Below, piece after piece: positions 1 to 9,580 of a stretch of 64,000 bases of DNA. Source of the stretch: Arenicellales bacterium (GTDB lineage Bacteria > Pseudomonadota > Gammaproteobacteria > Arenicellales > Poriferihabitantaceae). Numbering within the stretch: the stretch's first letter is position 1; every line of letters starts with the position of its first letter. The stretch spans positions 1,142,875 through 1,206,874 of the forward strand of contig OZ220708.1 in the NCBI GenBank assembly GCA_965116595.1, in the 5' to 3' direction. Below the pieces are notes generated by a model. That model was not told the origin of the DNA. It was given only the letters and a program-made list of their open reading frames with translations, and did not search any database. A program made the translations under genes and the position numbers.

Positions 1-1107
1 ATGCCCGGTTCGCACTGCAATACCCAATTGATCGAGGATCGTGCCAACATCGAATGGATGGCTATCAGCGAGCAGGAAGGAAATCACACTGGCTTTGTTT
101 GCGGCAGTACCGATAATCCGTAACCCGTCAATGCCAAGCAACTGCTCGGTCGCATAATTGAGAAGATCCCGTTCGTGAGCGGCAACTTCGGACTCTTCGA
201 ATTGTGAATAGTAATCGATTGCCGAGGCAAGGCCGATGCCGTCTGCGATGTTTGGCGTACCTGCTTCAAACTTGTGGGGCAGAACATTGTAAGTGGTTTT
301 CTCAAACGTCACTCGCTCGATCATGTCGCCCCCACCCTGATAGGGCGGCATGTCATTGAGAATCGAATCCTTGCCGTACAGGATACCGACCCCGGTGGGG
401 CCGAAGACCTTGTGGCCTGAAAATGCATAAAAGTCGACATCGAGCGCCTGAACGTCGATATGCATGTGTGGCACGGCCTGGGCGCCGTCAAGCAACACCG
501 GCACGTCGTGACTGTGGGCAATACGAATAATGTCCTGCACCGGGTTGATAGTACCCAGCGTGTTTGAAACATGGACAACCGCAACCAGGCGGGTGTGTTG
601 GTTCAGCATCGATTCAAATTCCTCAATAATCAACTCCCCATGCTGATTGATCGGAATCACCCGGACCTTTGCTCCTTTCTGTTCACAAATGATCTGCCAT
701 GGAACAATATTGGAATGATGTTCCATAGTGGAAATAATCACTTCGTCACCCGGCTTGAGGAATTCCCTGCCAAACGATGAAGCCACCAGGTTGATACCGT
801 CGGTGGTTCCCTTGGTGAACAATACTTCGTGTCGATTTTTCGCGTTGATAAACGAACGAACGGTTTCCCTTGCCTGTTCATACGCTTCGGTCGCCTGCTG
901 GCTTAAATGATGAACCCCGCGATGGATATTGGCATGCTCCAGACGATAATATTGGTTCAGACGATCGATCACCTGATTCGGCTTTTGCGAGGAAGCTCCG
1001 TTATCGAGATAAATCAATGGGTGGCCATTCACTTCACGGCCGAGCACCGGAAATTCCTTGCGGATCTGTTCTACGTCAAACAGTCTGGATGGTTGTTGAT
1101 TGTCCAC
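1..1107 (-). CDS. sufS: cysteine desulfurase, SufS/CsdA-type (class V aminotransferase); C-terminal end lies beyond the window edge
   Basis: Absent from the ORF track because it runs off the window. My own minus-strand translation reads ...FDVEQIRKEFPVLGREVNGHPLIYLDNGASSQKP...TMEHHSNIVPWQ...FSGHKVFGPTGVGILYGK...FEAGTPNIADGIGL...GIAVRTGH. This is collinear with E. coli SufS, including the PLP-lysine motif SGHK. There is no in-frame ATG upstream. GTG at 1107 (VDNQQPSRLFDVEQ) is the most plausible start. Confidence 0.85.
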   Translation of the reverse strand, partial: MDNQQPSRLFDVEQIRKEFPVLGREVNGHPLIYLDNGASSQKPNQVIDRLNQYYRLEHANIHRGVHHLSQQATEAYEQARETVRSFINAKNRHEVLFTKGTTDGINLVASSFGREFLKPGDEVIISTMEHHSNIVPWQIICEQKGAKVRVIPINQHGELIIEEFESMLNQHTRLVAVVHVSNTLGTINPVQDIIRIAHSHDVPVLLDGAQAVPHMHIDVQALDVDFYAFSGHKVFGPTGVGILYGKDSILNDMPPYQGGGDMIERVTFEKTTYNVLPHKFEAGTPNIADGIGLASAIDYYSQFEESEVAAHERDLLNYATEQLLGIDGLRIIGTAANKASVISFLLADSHPFDVGTILDQLGIAVRTGH

Positions 1108-1206
1108 TTTGGCAGGTCTGTCCTGTGCTGAAAATTGCTCAAGTATGCCCGCGCTAATGTACCATAAATGGCCCCCGGCAGGCAGAATATCCGTGTCAGA
1201 TAATCT

Positions 1207-1965
1207 CTAGCCGCCCAGTACCAGGCCGCCATTCACGTGAAGCATCTGCCCGGTAATGTAAGCCGCATCCCTGGATAAAAGATATTCTACCGCCCCCGCT
1301 ATATCATCGGGCAGCCCGACCCTGCCCAACGGAATCCGTTTGATGATTTCCTCGAATTCGTCAAGCGGGACGCCATCGCGGGTGCCCTGATCCTTTTTGA
1401 TATAACCGGGCACCACACAATTCACCGTAATCCCGTCACTGCCCAACTCCAGCGCTAATGCTTTCACCATGGTTTCCAGGCCACCCTTTGATGCGCTGGA
1501 AATCGGGAAGCTGCGCATGTCGGTTCTGAACGAATGCGCGGTGAAGCTGCCGAGCGCAATTATTCTGGGCTGATCCGAGTCCAGCAGGTGCGGACGGGCA
1601 GCCTGAACCAGATCGAAAAAGCTGAAAAGGTTTCCCCGAAAAGCGTATTCAAGATCAGTGCGTTGACCCTGGTCCAGCGATTTCAGAGTCGGGAAACCGG
1701 CATTGGCAACAATCCAGTCAACCTGCCCCCATGTTTGTTTCGCCCGTTCAATCAGCTTTTCAGGTACACCCGGTTCGGACAGGTCTCCAAGCATCGAAAC
1801 CGCTTGCCCGCCTGCGTCGACAATTTCCTCCACGACCCGGTCACATCCTTCCTGATTATGTCTGGCATGAACTACAATACCATGGCCGGGTCTGGCCAGG
1901 CGCCGACATGTCGCCGCACCGATTCCAGATGAAGACCCGGTCACTACGATGGATTTTTCTATCAT
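1207..1965 (-). CDS. short-chain dehydrogenase/reductase (SDR) family protein, atypical active site
   Basis: 252-aa ORF with Rossmann motif VTGSSSGIG, NAG motif (IVANAGF), ...ASKGG... and a PG motif (VVPGYI). The Tyr of the YxxxK motif is replaced (sequence SSASK). Confidence 0.8.
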   Translation of the reverse strand: MIEKSIVVTGSSSGIGAATCRRLARPGHGIVVHARHNQEGCDRVVEEIVDAGGQAVSMLGDLSEPGVPEKLIERAKQTWGQVDWIVANAGFPTLKSLDQGQRTDLEYAFRGNLFSFFDLVQAARPHLLDSDQPRIIALGSFTAHSFRTDMRSFPISSASKGGLETMVKALALELGSDGITVNCVVPGYIKKDQGTRDGVPLDEFEEIIKRIPLGRVGLPDDIAGAVEYLLSRDAAYITGQMLHVNGGLVLGG

Positions 1966-2096
1966 TATAACGTCACATTATACAACACAATATTGACCTG
2001 TCCCGGCAGCCGGATTACCGTTAACACAACATGAGATACATTGACCAACCAGACTTCCGGATATCACGGAACTCCGGACAGGATGCCTGACCGGAT

Positions 2097-4223
2097 ATGG
2101 CGACCCGGACTTCCACTTCCCGGACAAGATTGGGTGTCGATATTGGCGGTACGTTTACCGACCTTGTGCTTGAAACCTGTTCCGGTTTCTTTTCCGAGAA
2201 ATTATTGACGACGCAACAGGCTCCTGAAGAAGCGATCCTCGAGGGTATCGGAAAAATAATCTCCCGGGCAGGAATCAAAGCATCGGACCTGGAGATGATC
2301 ATCCATGGCACCACCCTGGCCACCAATGCTCTGATTCAGCGCAATGGAGCGAAAACCGCCTTGATTACCACCGAAGGATTTCGCGATGTAATCGAAATGC
2401 GAACCGAAAACCGTTTCGAACAATACGATATCAACCTGACCCTGCCGGCGCCGTTGATCGAACGTCGGCATCGTTACACGATCAGGGAAAGACTAAGTGC
2501 CCAGGGAGAGGTTTTAAGGACGCTGGATCCAGATGAAGTGAATGCGCTGGTTGACCTGTTAAAAGCACGGTCCTACGAAAGTATCGCGATCGGATTGATT
2601 CATGCTTACACCGATGGCCGTCACGAGCGGATCATACGGCATGCAATCGAGGAGGCGATGCCCGGTATATCGGTATCCATCAGCAGCGAAGTTTCTCCGC
2701 AAATGAGGGAGTATGAGCGCTTCAGTACGGTTTGCGCAAATGCCTGGGTACGCCCGAAAATCCAGTCCTATTTGCATCGTCTTACTCAACAACTGGGGGA
2801 GACAGGGGTGACCTGCCCGTTGTATTTAATGCATTCCGGTGGTGGCCTGATTTCAGTCGGGGACGCCATGTCCTTTCCGGTCAGACTGATTGAGTCCGGG
2901 CCTGCGGGAGGGGCCATCTTTGCCGCTGATATCGCCCGCGCCCATGGCATTGCAAAAGCATTGTCATTTGATATGGGCGGCACCACTGCCAAGATCTGCA
3001 TGATCCGGAATGCAACCCCCAAAACCGCGAATGTCTTCGAAGTCGCGCGCAGCTACCGCTTCAAAAAAGGCAGCGGCATGCCCATCTCCGTTCCAGTCAT
3101 CGAGATGGTGGAAATTGGCGCCGGCGGAGGCTCCATCGCTCATGTTGACAGGTTGCGGCAAATTCGGGTCGGCCCGCAAAGCGCGGAATCCGACCCCGGA
3201 CCGGCCTGCTACGACCGCGGAGGGGAAAACCCCACGGTAACCGATAGCGACCTTCTACTCGGCAAACTCGACGCCGACAATTTTGCCGGTGGAACGATTC
3301 GACTGTCGCTCGAAAAAGCGACATCGGCAACGCTGGAAAATCTGGGTCATCCCTTGGGTCTGGACGCCACCCAATCCGCTTTCGGGCTATGCGAAGTGAT
3401 CGATGAAAATATGGCCAACGCGGCGAGAATCCATGCCGTCGAGAACGGCGAGGATCTCAGCGAGTTCTCGATGATCGCATTCGGCGGCGCGGCGCCCCTG
3501 CATGCTGCCCGGCTTTGCGAAAAGCTGAACATGGATTCCTGCCTGATTCCTTCCGGCGCCGGGGTCGGCTCCGCCATCGGTTTTCTGAAAGCGCCTTTTG
3601 CCTTTGAAGCCGTACGCAGCGACTACCAGCGTCTGTCCGGTCTCAATTTGAACCATGTCCAGGAGTTGGCGCGGCAACTGGTCGATGAAGCGGGGAAACA
3701 TGTATCCGGCGGAGACGGCGGAGAGGCCACGGTTGTTTTGGAGTACAAGGCATTCATGCGATATACCGGTCAGGGTTGGGAAATTCCGGTCTGCCTCGAT
3801 ATTGAAAAAATCGATGACTGGAACAGGAGCTATCTGACCGGGGAATTCGAAAAAGCATACGAAACCCTGTTCGGGCGTACTGTGGCAGACCTCGATATCG
3901 AAATTACCGGCTGGGCCGCCAGGGAAAGCCGGATATCTTCCGGCTGCCCTCAGATGCAGCACAATCCAAATCCGCAAGCTCTGTCAGGTGACCGCAGACG
4001 GCCGATTTTCAGCGTCATCAGCAAAACATTTGTCGATGCTGCCCTTTACCAGCGAGATCAGATACAATCCGGCCAGATTGTTTCAGGTCCCGGCGTTATC
4101 ACTGAAAACGAGACCACCGTGATCGTGCCGGAAGGCTTTGACTGCCTTATGGAAAATGACCGTTCCCTGCTCATCAGGCGACAAAAACCGGATCCGGCGC
4201 CGTCCGGACCCTGCTCCGGATAA
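2097..4223 (+). CDS. hyuA: hydantoinase A / oxoprolinase family protein (HyuA/OplA/acetone-carboxylase-beta-like, ATP-dependent)
   Basis: 708-aa ORF. The N-terminal motif GVDIGGTFTDLV, a second ATPase-fold motif FDMGGTTAKI and the length are typical of the Hydantoinase_A family. Confidence 0.9.
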   Translation: MATRTSTSRTRLGVDIGGTFTDLVLETCSGFFSEKLLTTQQAPEEAILEGIGKIISRAGIKASDLEMIIHGTTLATNALIQRNGAKTALITTEGFRDVIEMRTENRFEQYDINLTLPAPLIERRHRYTIRERLSAQGEVLRTLDPDEVNALVDLLKARSYESIAIGLIHAYTDGRHERIIRHAIEEAMPGISVSISSEVSPQMREYERFSTVCANAWVRPKIQSYLHRLTQQLGETGVTCPLYLMHSGGGLISVGDAMSFPVRLIESGPAGGAIFAADIARAHGIAKALSFDMGGTTAKICMIRNATPKTANVFEVARSYRFKKGSGMPISVPVIEMVEIGAGGGSIAHVDRLRQIRVGPQSAESDPGPACYDRGGENPTVTDSDLLLGKLDADNFAGGTIRLSLEKATSATLENLGHPLGLDATQSAFGLCEVIDENMANAARIHAVENGEDLSEFSMIAFGGAAPLHAARLCEKLNMDSCLIPSGAGVGSAIGFLKAPFAFEAVRSDYQRLSGLNLNHVQELARQLVDEAGKHVSGGDGGEATVVLEYKAFMRYTGQGWEIPVCLDIEKIDDWNRSYLTGEFEKAYETLFGRTVADLDIEITGWAARESRISSGCPQMQHNPNPQALSGDRRRPIFSVISKTFVDAALYQRDQIQSGQIVSGPGVITENETTVIVPEGFDCLMENDRSLLIRRQKPDPAPSGPCSG

Positions 4224-5933
4224 ATGGATGCGATGAATACGATGAGATCATCCAGCAAAACAGGTAATACTGCGATCCGCAATCAGGTGATGTGGAACCG
4301 CTTGATCTCAATTGTCGAGGAACAGGCACGGACCCTGGTTCGAACCGCCTTTTCGACCAGCGTCCGGGAAGCCGGAGACCTGTCTGCCGGGATTTTTGAC
4401 CGCCAGGGGCAAATGCTGGCTCAGGCGGTCACAGGAACCCCCGGACATGTCAATGCGATGGCGGACGCGGTGCCCCACTTCATTGCCCAAATCGGCAAGG
4501 AAAATATCTTCGAAGGCGATGTCTATGTCACCAATGATCCCTGGAAAGGCACCGGCCACCTCCATGACCTGACCTTTGTATCGCCTTCGTTCTACAAAAA
4601 CCGGCTGGTCGGATATTTTGCCTGTACTGCCCATGTCGTGGATATAGGCGGACGGGGATTCACTGCAGACGCCGCGTCAGTATATGAAGAGGGGTTATGC
4701 ATCCCGATCATGAAGTTTGCCGAGCGCAAAGTGGTGAATCATCAACTGATCAACATTATCAGGAACAACGTACGCGTTGCGGATCAGGTTGTTGGCGATA
4801 TCCATTCCCTGGCGAACTGTAACCAGACCGGACACAATCGGCTAATCGACATGCTGGGTGAATTCGAACTCGACGATATTGACGATCTATCGAGCTATAT
4901 TCTGGACCACAGTTACAACGCCACACTGGACTGTATCGGCAAGCTGGAACCCGGATTCGCGGAAAACACGTTAACGGTGGATGGCTATTTCGACCCAATC
5001 CATCTTGCCGTTCGGGTTTCATTTGAAACGGACCGGATTGTAGTGGATTTCGATGGCACGGATGGATTGAGTTCACGGGGCATCAATGTGCCGATGGTGT
5101 ATACCAAAGCGTATGCCTGCTATGGCATCAAGTGCGTCCTGGCGCCGGATATTCCGAATAACTCAGGCTCTCTGGCGCCGTTCACAATAACAGCGCCGAA
5201 AAACTGTATTTTAAACGCAAGCCACCCTGCTCCGGTCTGCGTCCGTCATGTCATCGGGCATTTTGTCCCCGATCTGGTGATGGGGGCATTGCATAAATTG
5301 CTGCCTGGACAGATCCCGGCGGAAGGGGCCGCAGCCTTGTGGAACATTCACTTGAGTACCCGGCCTGATGAACAACACCGTGCTGATCATCCGGACGATA
5401 CTGCGGAGATACTGATGTTCAACAGTGGCGGCTCCGGCGCTCGACCGACGTTGGACGGTATGAACGCCACCGCTTTTCCAAGCGGCGTTCATACCATGCC
5501 GATTGAAGTCTCTGAACAGGTGGGGCCGATCGTTATCTGGGAAAAGCAACTCAGAACCGACTCCGGAGGATCGGGCAAATATCGCGGAGGTCTCGGGCAG
5601 ACCATTGTGATCGGCGCCAGGGAAGGCTACGAATTTCATTTCAGCGCGATGTTTGACCGGGTTGCCAATCCGGCACGGGGGCGCGAAGGCGGCCTGGATG
5701 GAGGTCATGGATCGGTTCGACTGGATGATGGTACGGTGATGCGGGCGAAAGGGACGCAATTCGTACCCGCCGGACGTCTCCTGGAACTGCAGTTACCCGG
5801 TGGAGGCGGTTACGGCGACCCCGCAGAGCGTGATCCCGAAAAGCTGGAACAGGATATTCAGCAGGACTATGTTTCCCGGAAAAAAGCCGAAACTGACTAT
5901 CGGCAAGTGACTACAGGTTGTGAGAACAATTAA
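4224..5933 (+). CDS. hyuB: hydantoinase B / oxoprolinase family protein (HyuB/OplB-like)
   Basis: 569-aa ORF starting 1 nt after the hyuA stop. Family-typical strings are NDPWKGTGHLHD, GGSGKYRGGLG and the C-terminal GGGGYGDP. Confidence 0.9.
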   Translation: MDAMNTMRSSSKTGNTAIRNQVMWNRLISIVEEQARTLVRTAFSTSVREAGDLSAGIFDRQGQMLAQAVTGTPGHVNAMADAVPHFIAQIGKENIFEGDVYVTNDPWKGTGHLHDLTFVSPSFYKNRLVGYFACTAHVVDIGGRGFTADAASVYEEGLCIPIMKFAERKVVNHQLINIIRNNVRVADQVVGDIHSLANCNQTGHNRLIDMLGEFELDDIDDLSSYILDHSYNATLDCIGKLEPGFAENTLTVDGYFDPIHLAVRVSFETDRIVVDFDGTDGLSSRGINVPMVYTKAYACYGIKCVLAPDIPNNSGSLAPFTITAPKNCILNASHPAPVCVRHVIGHFVPDLVMGALHKLLPGQIPAEGAAALWNIHLSTRPDEQHRADHPDDTAEILMFNSGGSGARPTLDGMNATAFPSGVHTMPIEVSEQVGPIVIWEKQLRTDSGGSGKYRGGLGQTIVIGAREGYEFHFSAMFDRVANPARGREGGLDGGHGSVRLDDGTVMRAKGTQFVPAGRLLELQLPGGGGYGDPAERDPEKLEQDIQQDYVSRKKAETDYRQVTTGCENN

Positions 5934-7551
5934 ACGAAGCGGCGGTGAAGTTCTGATTGACGGCTTGATTGGTCACGGCGCCAGTCGCCTTTTTTGCGTA
6001 CCCGGAGAAAGCTATCTGGCTGTGCTGGATGCCCTCCACGACCGCCAGAATGAAATTCAGGTAATTACCTGCCGCCAGGAAGGCGGGGCCGCTTTTATGG
6101 CCGAGGCGCATGGGAAAATGACCGGAAAACCCGGCTTGTGCTTTGTTTCCCGGGGACCCGGGGCATCGAATGCGATGACCGGGATTCACACCGCCTTTCA
6201 GGACTCCACTCCACTGCTGATGTTTATCGGGCAGGTTCCCCGCGCCCATACCGGCCGTGAAGCTTTTCAGGAACTGGATTACAGGCAGGTCTACGGCGGT
6301 GTCGCCAAAAAAGTGACGAAATTCCACGATGCTGCGCGTATCCCGGAACAACTCGGCCAGAGTTGGCATTGCGCCATGAGCGGCCGCCCTGGCCCTGTCG
6401 TCATCGAGCTTCCGGAAGACATGCTCAGGCAGTCGGTTGAAGTGGAGGATCTGGCTCCGGCCACAACCGCAATACCAGCCCCGGACCCGGCCTCGATGGA
6501 GCGGGTCAGCGCCATGCTTGCACAGGCGACACAGCCTGTACTGATGGTTGGCGGCGCTGGCTGGACACCCGCCGCTACCACATACCTGACCCGATTTGTC
6601 GAAAGACATCACTTCCCGGTTGCCACCATATTCAGACGCTCGGACAGTTTCGATAATACCCATCCAAACTACATCGGCGAACTGGGTCTGGCGCCGAATC
6701 CCGCTCTTACCAAGCTGATCCAGGATGCAGACCTGATTATCGCGGTGGGCCCCCGAATTGGCGATATCACAACCGCCGGCTATACTATTTTGGATGCGCC
6801 CGCCCGGGCAAATTGCAATGCGCGGCAAAAACTGGTTCATGTCCATATCAGCGGGGACGAAATCAATTCTGTGTTCCGTGCAGACCTTGGTATCGTCAGT
6901 CAGCCCGAACAGTTTTTCAGAGCGGCCTGTCAGTTGGAAATCGGAGCAAGGGGCGATCAACAACTTGTAGAAAAGGGCCATCTGAATTATCTCGATTTCG
7001 TCCATGAACCCCGAAATACGGGAGCAACAATGCGCATGGACAGGATTTGCCGGTTTTTGCGCAAACGATTGCCTGCCGATTCAATCATTACCCTCGGCGC
7101 TGGAAATTTCACCGTCTGGGCGCAACGCCACTACCAATACCGGCTACCCCGCACCCAGCTTGGCTCAACCAACGGCACAATGGGTTATGGCGTACCTTCG
7201 GCGATTGCTGCAAAGCTGGAAAAACCGAACTCCATCGTCGTCTCGTTTTCAGGAGATGGCTGTTTTTTGATGAACGGACAGGAACTGGCCACTGCGGTTC
7301 AATTTGGTGTGAATGTTATTTTCCTGGTCGTCAATAATAATTGTTACGGTACAATTCGAACTCATCAGGAACTGCGCTATCCCGGACGGCCGTCAGCTAC
7401 ATACCTGAGAAATCCGGATTTTGCTGCTCTGGCCAGAGCCTACGGCGCCTTCGGAGTAACGGTGACAAAAGCGGAAGAATTCGAAGAAGCGTTTGAACAG
7501 GCGCTCAAGGCAGCCACCCCTGCCGTGATCGAGATCCAGACTGACTATTGA
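5920..7551 (+). CDS. thiamine-pyrophosphate-dependent enzyme (acetolactate synthase/benzoylformate decarboxylase superfamily)
   Basis: 543-aa ORF with a GTG start overlapping hyuB by 14 nt. The N-terminal pyrimidine-binding region reads RQEGGAAFMAEAHGKMTGKPGLCFVSRGPGASNAMTG. The TPP-binding motif is GDGCFLMNGQELATA...VVNNN. Confidence 0.85.
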   Translation: MRTIKRSGGEVLIDGLIGHGASRLFCVPGESYLAVLDALHDRQNEIQVITCRQEGGAAFMAEAHGKMTGKPGLCFVSRGPGASNAMTGIHTAFQDSTPLLMFIGQVPRAHTGREAFQELDYRQVYGGVAKKVTKFHDAARIPEQLGQSWHCAMSGRPGPVVIELPEDMLRQSVEVEDLAPATTAIPAPDPASMERVSAMLAQATQPVLMVGGAGWTPAATTYLTRFVERHHFPVATIFRRSDSFDNTHPNYIGELGLAPNPALTKLIQDADLIIAVGPRIGDITTAGYTILDAPARANCNARQKLVHVHISGDEINSVFRADLGIVSQPEQFFRAACQLEIGARGDQQLVEKGHLNYLDFVHEPRNTGATMRMDRICRFLRKRLPADSIITLGAGNFTVWAQRHYQYRLPRTQLGSTNGTMGYGVPSAIAAKLEKPNSIVVSFSGDGCFLMNGQELATAVQFGVNVIFLVVNNNCYGTIRTHQELRYPGRPSATYLRNPDFAALARAYGAFGVTVTKAEEFEEAFEQALKAATPAVIEIQTDY

Positions 7552-7564
7552 AAATGAGGTTATC

Positions 7565-8353
7565 ATGATTGAAGGCAAGGTTGCTGTTATAACAGGCGCG
7601 TCTCAAGGCATCGGCCATGCATGTGCTGACCGATTCGTAAAAGAGGGCGCAAAGGTAGTGTTGTCTGATGTGGCTGACGATGCTGGTCAGCAGGCGGCAC
7701 GTCAACTTCGCGAGCAAGGCGGCGATGCGGTTTACACGCATTGTGATGTAAGTCGAAAATCTGAAGTGGAAGACTTGTTTGATTTTGCAATTGAGGAATA
7801 TGGCCGGGTGGATACTGCCATAGCCAACGCAGGCATCGTGCACATGGCTGATATCCTGGAACTGGAAGAGGCGGATTTTGATCGTGTCATCTCGATCAAC
7901 CTGAAGGGGGTGTTCCTGACCGGTCAGGCCGCAGCCCGGCGGATGGTGGAACAGGCCCCTGACGATAATGGTTCGAAGGGAACCATCATCAATATGTCCT
8001 CGTTGAATGCGGTATTGGCGATCCCGACTATCGCACCTTACGTGGTTGCCAAGGGAGGCGTTAATCAATGGACCAAATGCTTGAGCATCCGGTTGGCCGA
8101 TCAGGGTATCCGGGTAAACGGAATCGGCCCGGGCTCGATTGCCACGGAAATGTTCAATACCATATCGGAAAACCCCGAAAAATATCGCCAGATCATGTCC
8201 CGGACGCCGATGCTGCGCCCAGGGGAACCCGATGAAGTGGCCAAGCTCGCGGTCTTTCTGGCCAGCGACTATTCCAGTTATATCACCGGCGAAACCATAT
8301 ATGTCGATGGTGGAAGACAAGGGCTCAACTACTTTGTCCCTGTTCCGGACTGA
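7565..8353 (+). CDS. classical SDR oxidoreductase (FabG/glucose-1-dehydrogenase-like)
   Basis: 262-aa ORF with TGASQGIG, NAG, the catalytic motif YVVAK (YxxxK) and PG motifs. Confidence 0.9.
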   Translation: MIEGKVAVITGASQGIGHACADRFVKEGAKVVLSDVADDAGQQAARQLREQGGDAVYTHCDVSRKSEVEDLFDFAIEEYGRVDTAIANAGIVHMADILELEEADFDRVISINLKGVFLTGQAAARRMVEQAPDDNGSKGTIINMSSLNAVLAIPTIAPYVVAKGGVNQWTKCLSIRLADQGIRVNGIGPGSIATEMFNTISENPEKYRQIMSRTPMLRPGEPDEVAKLAVFLASDYSSYITGETIYVDGGRQGLNYFVPVPD

Positions 8354-8410
8354 TTGCCCCCAGATTGTTGCAAGTCTGTTCAATCACACGGATCCGCTAA
8401 ACCAGATTTG

Positions 8411-9580
8411 ATGAATCAAATGAATCGTGAATCCGACCACATTGCCGCGATACGCCAGGGAGTCCGAGATTTATGCAAGAATTTTGACCCGGCCTACTGG
8501 CTGAAACTGGACCGTGAGCGGGGTTATCCCGCTGAATTCGTTACCGCCCTGACTGACGCTGGATACCTGTCCGCGCTGATACCCGAGGAGTTTGGCGGGG
8601 CCGGTCTGGGCCTTGAAGAAGCTTGCGCCATTCTTGAGGAAATCAGCTTTTCGGGAGGCCATCCCGGCGCCTGTCATGCTCAAATGTATATCATGGGTTC
8701 GGTTCTGCGCCATGGATCTGAGGCCCAAAAAAAGAAATACCTGCCGGCAATAGCAGACGGTTCGCTTCGATTGCAGAGTTTTGGTGTAACCGAACCGGAT
8801 ACGGGTACGGACACAACCAGTCTGAAAACGGTTGCAGTCAGAAAAGGCGACCGATATGTGATAAATGGACAGAAAGTCTGGATAAGCCGGGTACAGCATT
8901 CTGACCTGATGTTGTTACTCGCCCGCACCACGCCCGCTGACAAGGTCAAGCGCAAAACCGATGGCCTTTCGACTTTCATCGTCGATATAAACCAGGCGGT
9001 GGAACAGGGTCTGACTGTTAAACCGATCGATTCGATGATCAATCACCATAGCTGTGAATTATTCTTCGACAACCTTGAAGTGCCGGCGGAAAACCTGCTG
9101 GGAGAAGAGAATAATGGTTTCCACATTATCCTCGACAGTATGAATGCGGAACGCATCCTGATCGCGGCGGAGTGCATCGGCGATGGCCGTTTTTTCATTG
9201 ACAAGGCGGTCAGTTATGCCAATGATCGCAAGGTATTCAACCGGCCGATCGGGCAGAATCAGGGAGTTCAATTCCCGATAGCGCGCTGCAGTATTGATGT
9301 GGAAGCCGCCGCTTTGATGGTGCAAAAGGGCGCCCGGCTTTTTGACAGGCAGGAAAAATGCGGGGCGGAAGCCAACATGGCCAAGCTCCTGGCTTCCGAA
9401 GCGAGCTGGAATGCCGCAGACATGTGCATGGAAGTTCACGGGGGGTTTGCATTTGCCAGGGAATATCACATCGAGAGAAAATTCAGGGAAACACGTCTTT
9501 ATCGAACGGCGCCCATATCCACCAACTTTATTCTCGGCTTTGTGGCGGAGCATGTCCTCGGGCTTCCGCGCAGTTACTGA
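8411..9580 (+). CDS. acyl-CoA dehydrogenase family protein
   Basis: The ORF track starts at a TTG (8354) that abuts the SDR stop. The ATG at 8411 (MNQMNRESDH...) is more plausible. ACAD-like strings are GVTEPDTGTD, the middle beta-domain NGQKVWIS and the C-terminal GGFAFAREYHIERKFRETRLY. Confidence 0.85.
   Translation: MNQMNRESDHIAAIRQGVRDLCKNFDPAYWLKLDRERGYPAEFVTALTDAGYLSALIPEEFGGAGLGLEEACAILEEISFSGGHPGACHAQMYIMGSVLRHGSEAQKKKYLPAIADGSLRLQSFGVTEPDTGTDTTSLKTVAVRKGDRYVINGQKVWISRVQHSDLMLLLARTTPADKVKRKTDGLSTFIVDINQAVEQGLTVKPIDSMINHHSCELFFDNLEVPAENLLGEENNGFHIILDSMNAERILIAAECIGDGRFFIDKAVSYANDRKVFNRPIGQNQGVQFPIARCSIDVEAAALMVQKGARLFDRQEKCGAEANMAKLLASEASWNAADMCMEVHGGFAFAREYHIERKFRETRLYRTAPISTNFILGFVAEHVLGLPRSY

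Noticed and set aside
5911-7005. A 364-aa minus-strand ORF antisense to the TPP enzyme gene.
   Set aside because: It is a shadow ORF. The plus frame carries the unmistakable TPP-enzyme motifs, while the antisense product is low-complexity with no motifs.
7505-8383. A 292-aa antisense ORF over the second SDR gene. Similar antisense ORFs lie at 16624-17265 (over qmoA), 38871-39488 (over the sucC-like gene) and 3387-3977 (over hyuA).
   Set aside because: Each is opposite a gene with strong family motifs, and none has motifs of its own. I treat them all as spurious.
8354-9579. Long N-terminal extensions suggested by the ORF track. Examples are 8354 for the ACAD, 9358 for the CoA-transferase, 51402 for dctQ, 55882 for folKP, 55706 for MOSC, 37107 for tctC and 62265 for the halogenase-like gene.
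   Set aside because: The extensions overlap upstream genes or intergenic DNA, often start at TTG/GTG, and have non-protein-like composition. Internal ATGs give canonical N-termini or signal peptides.
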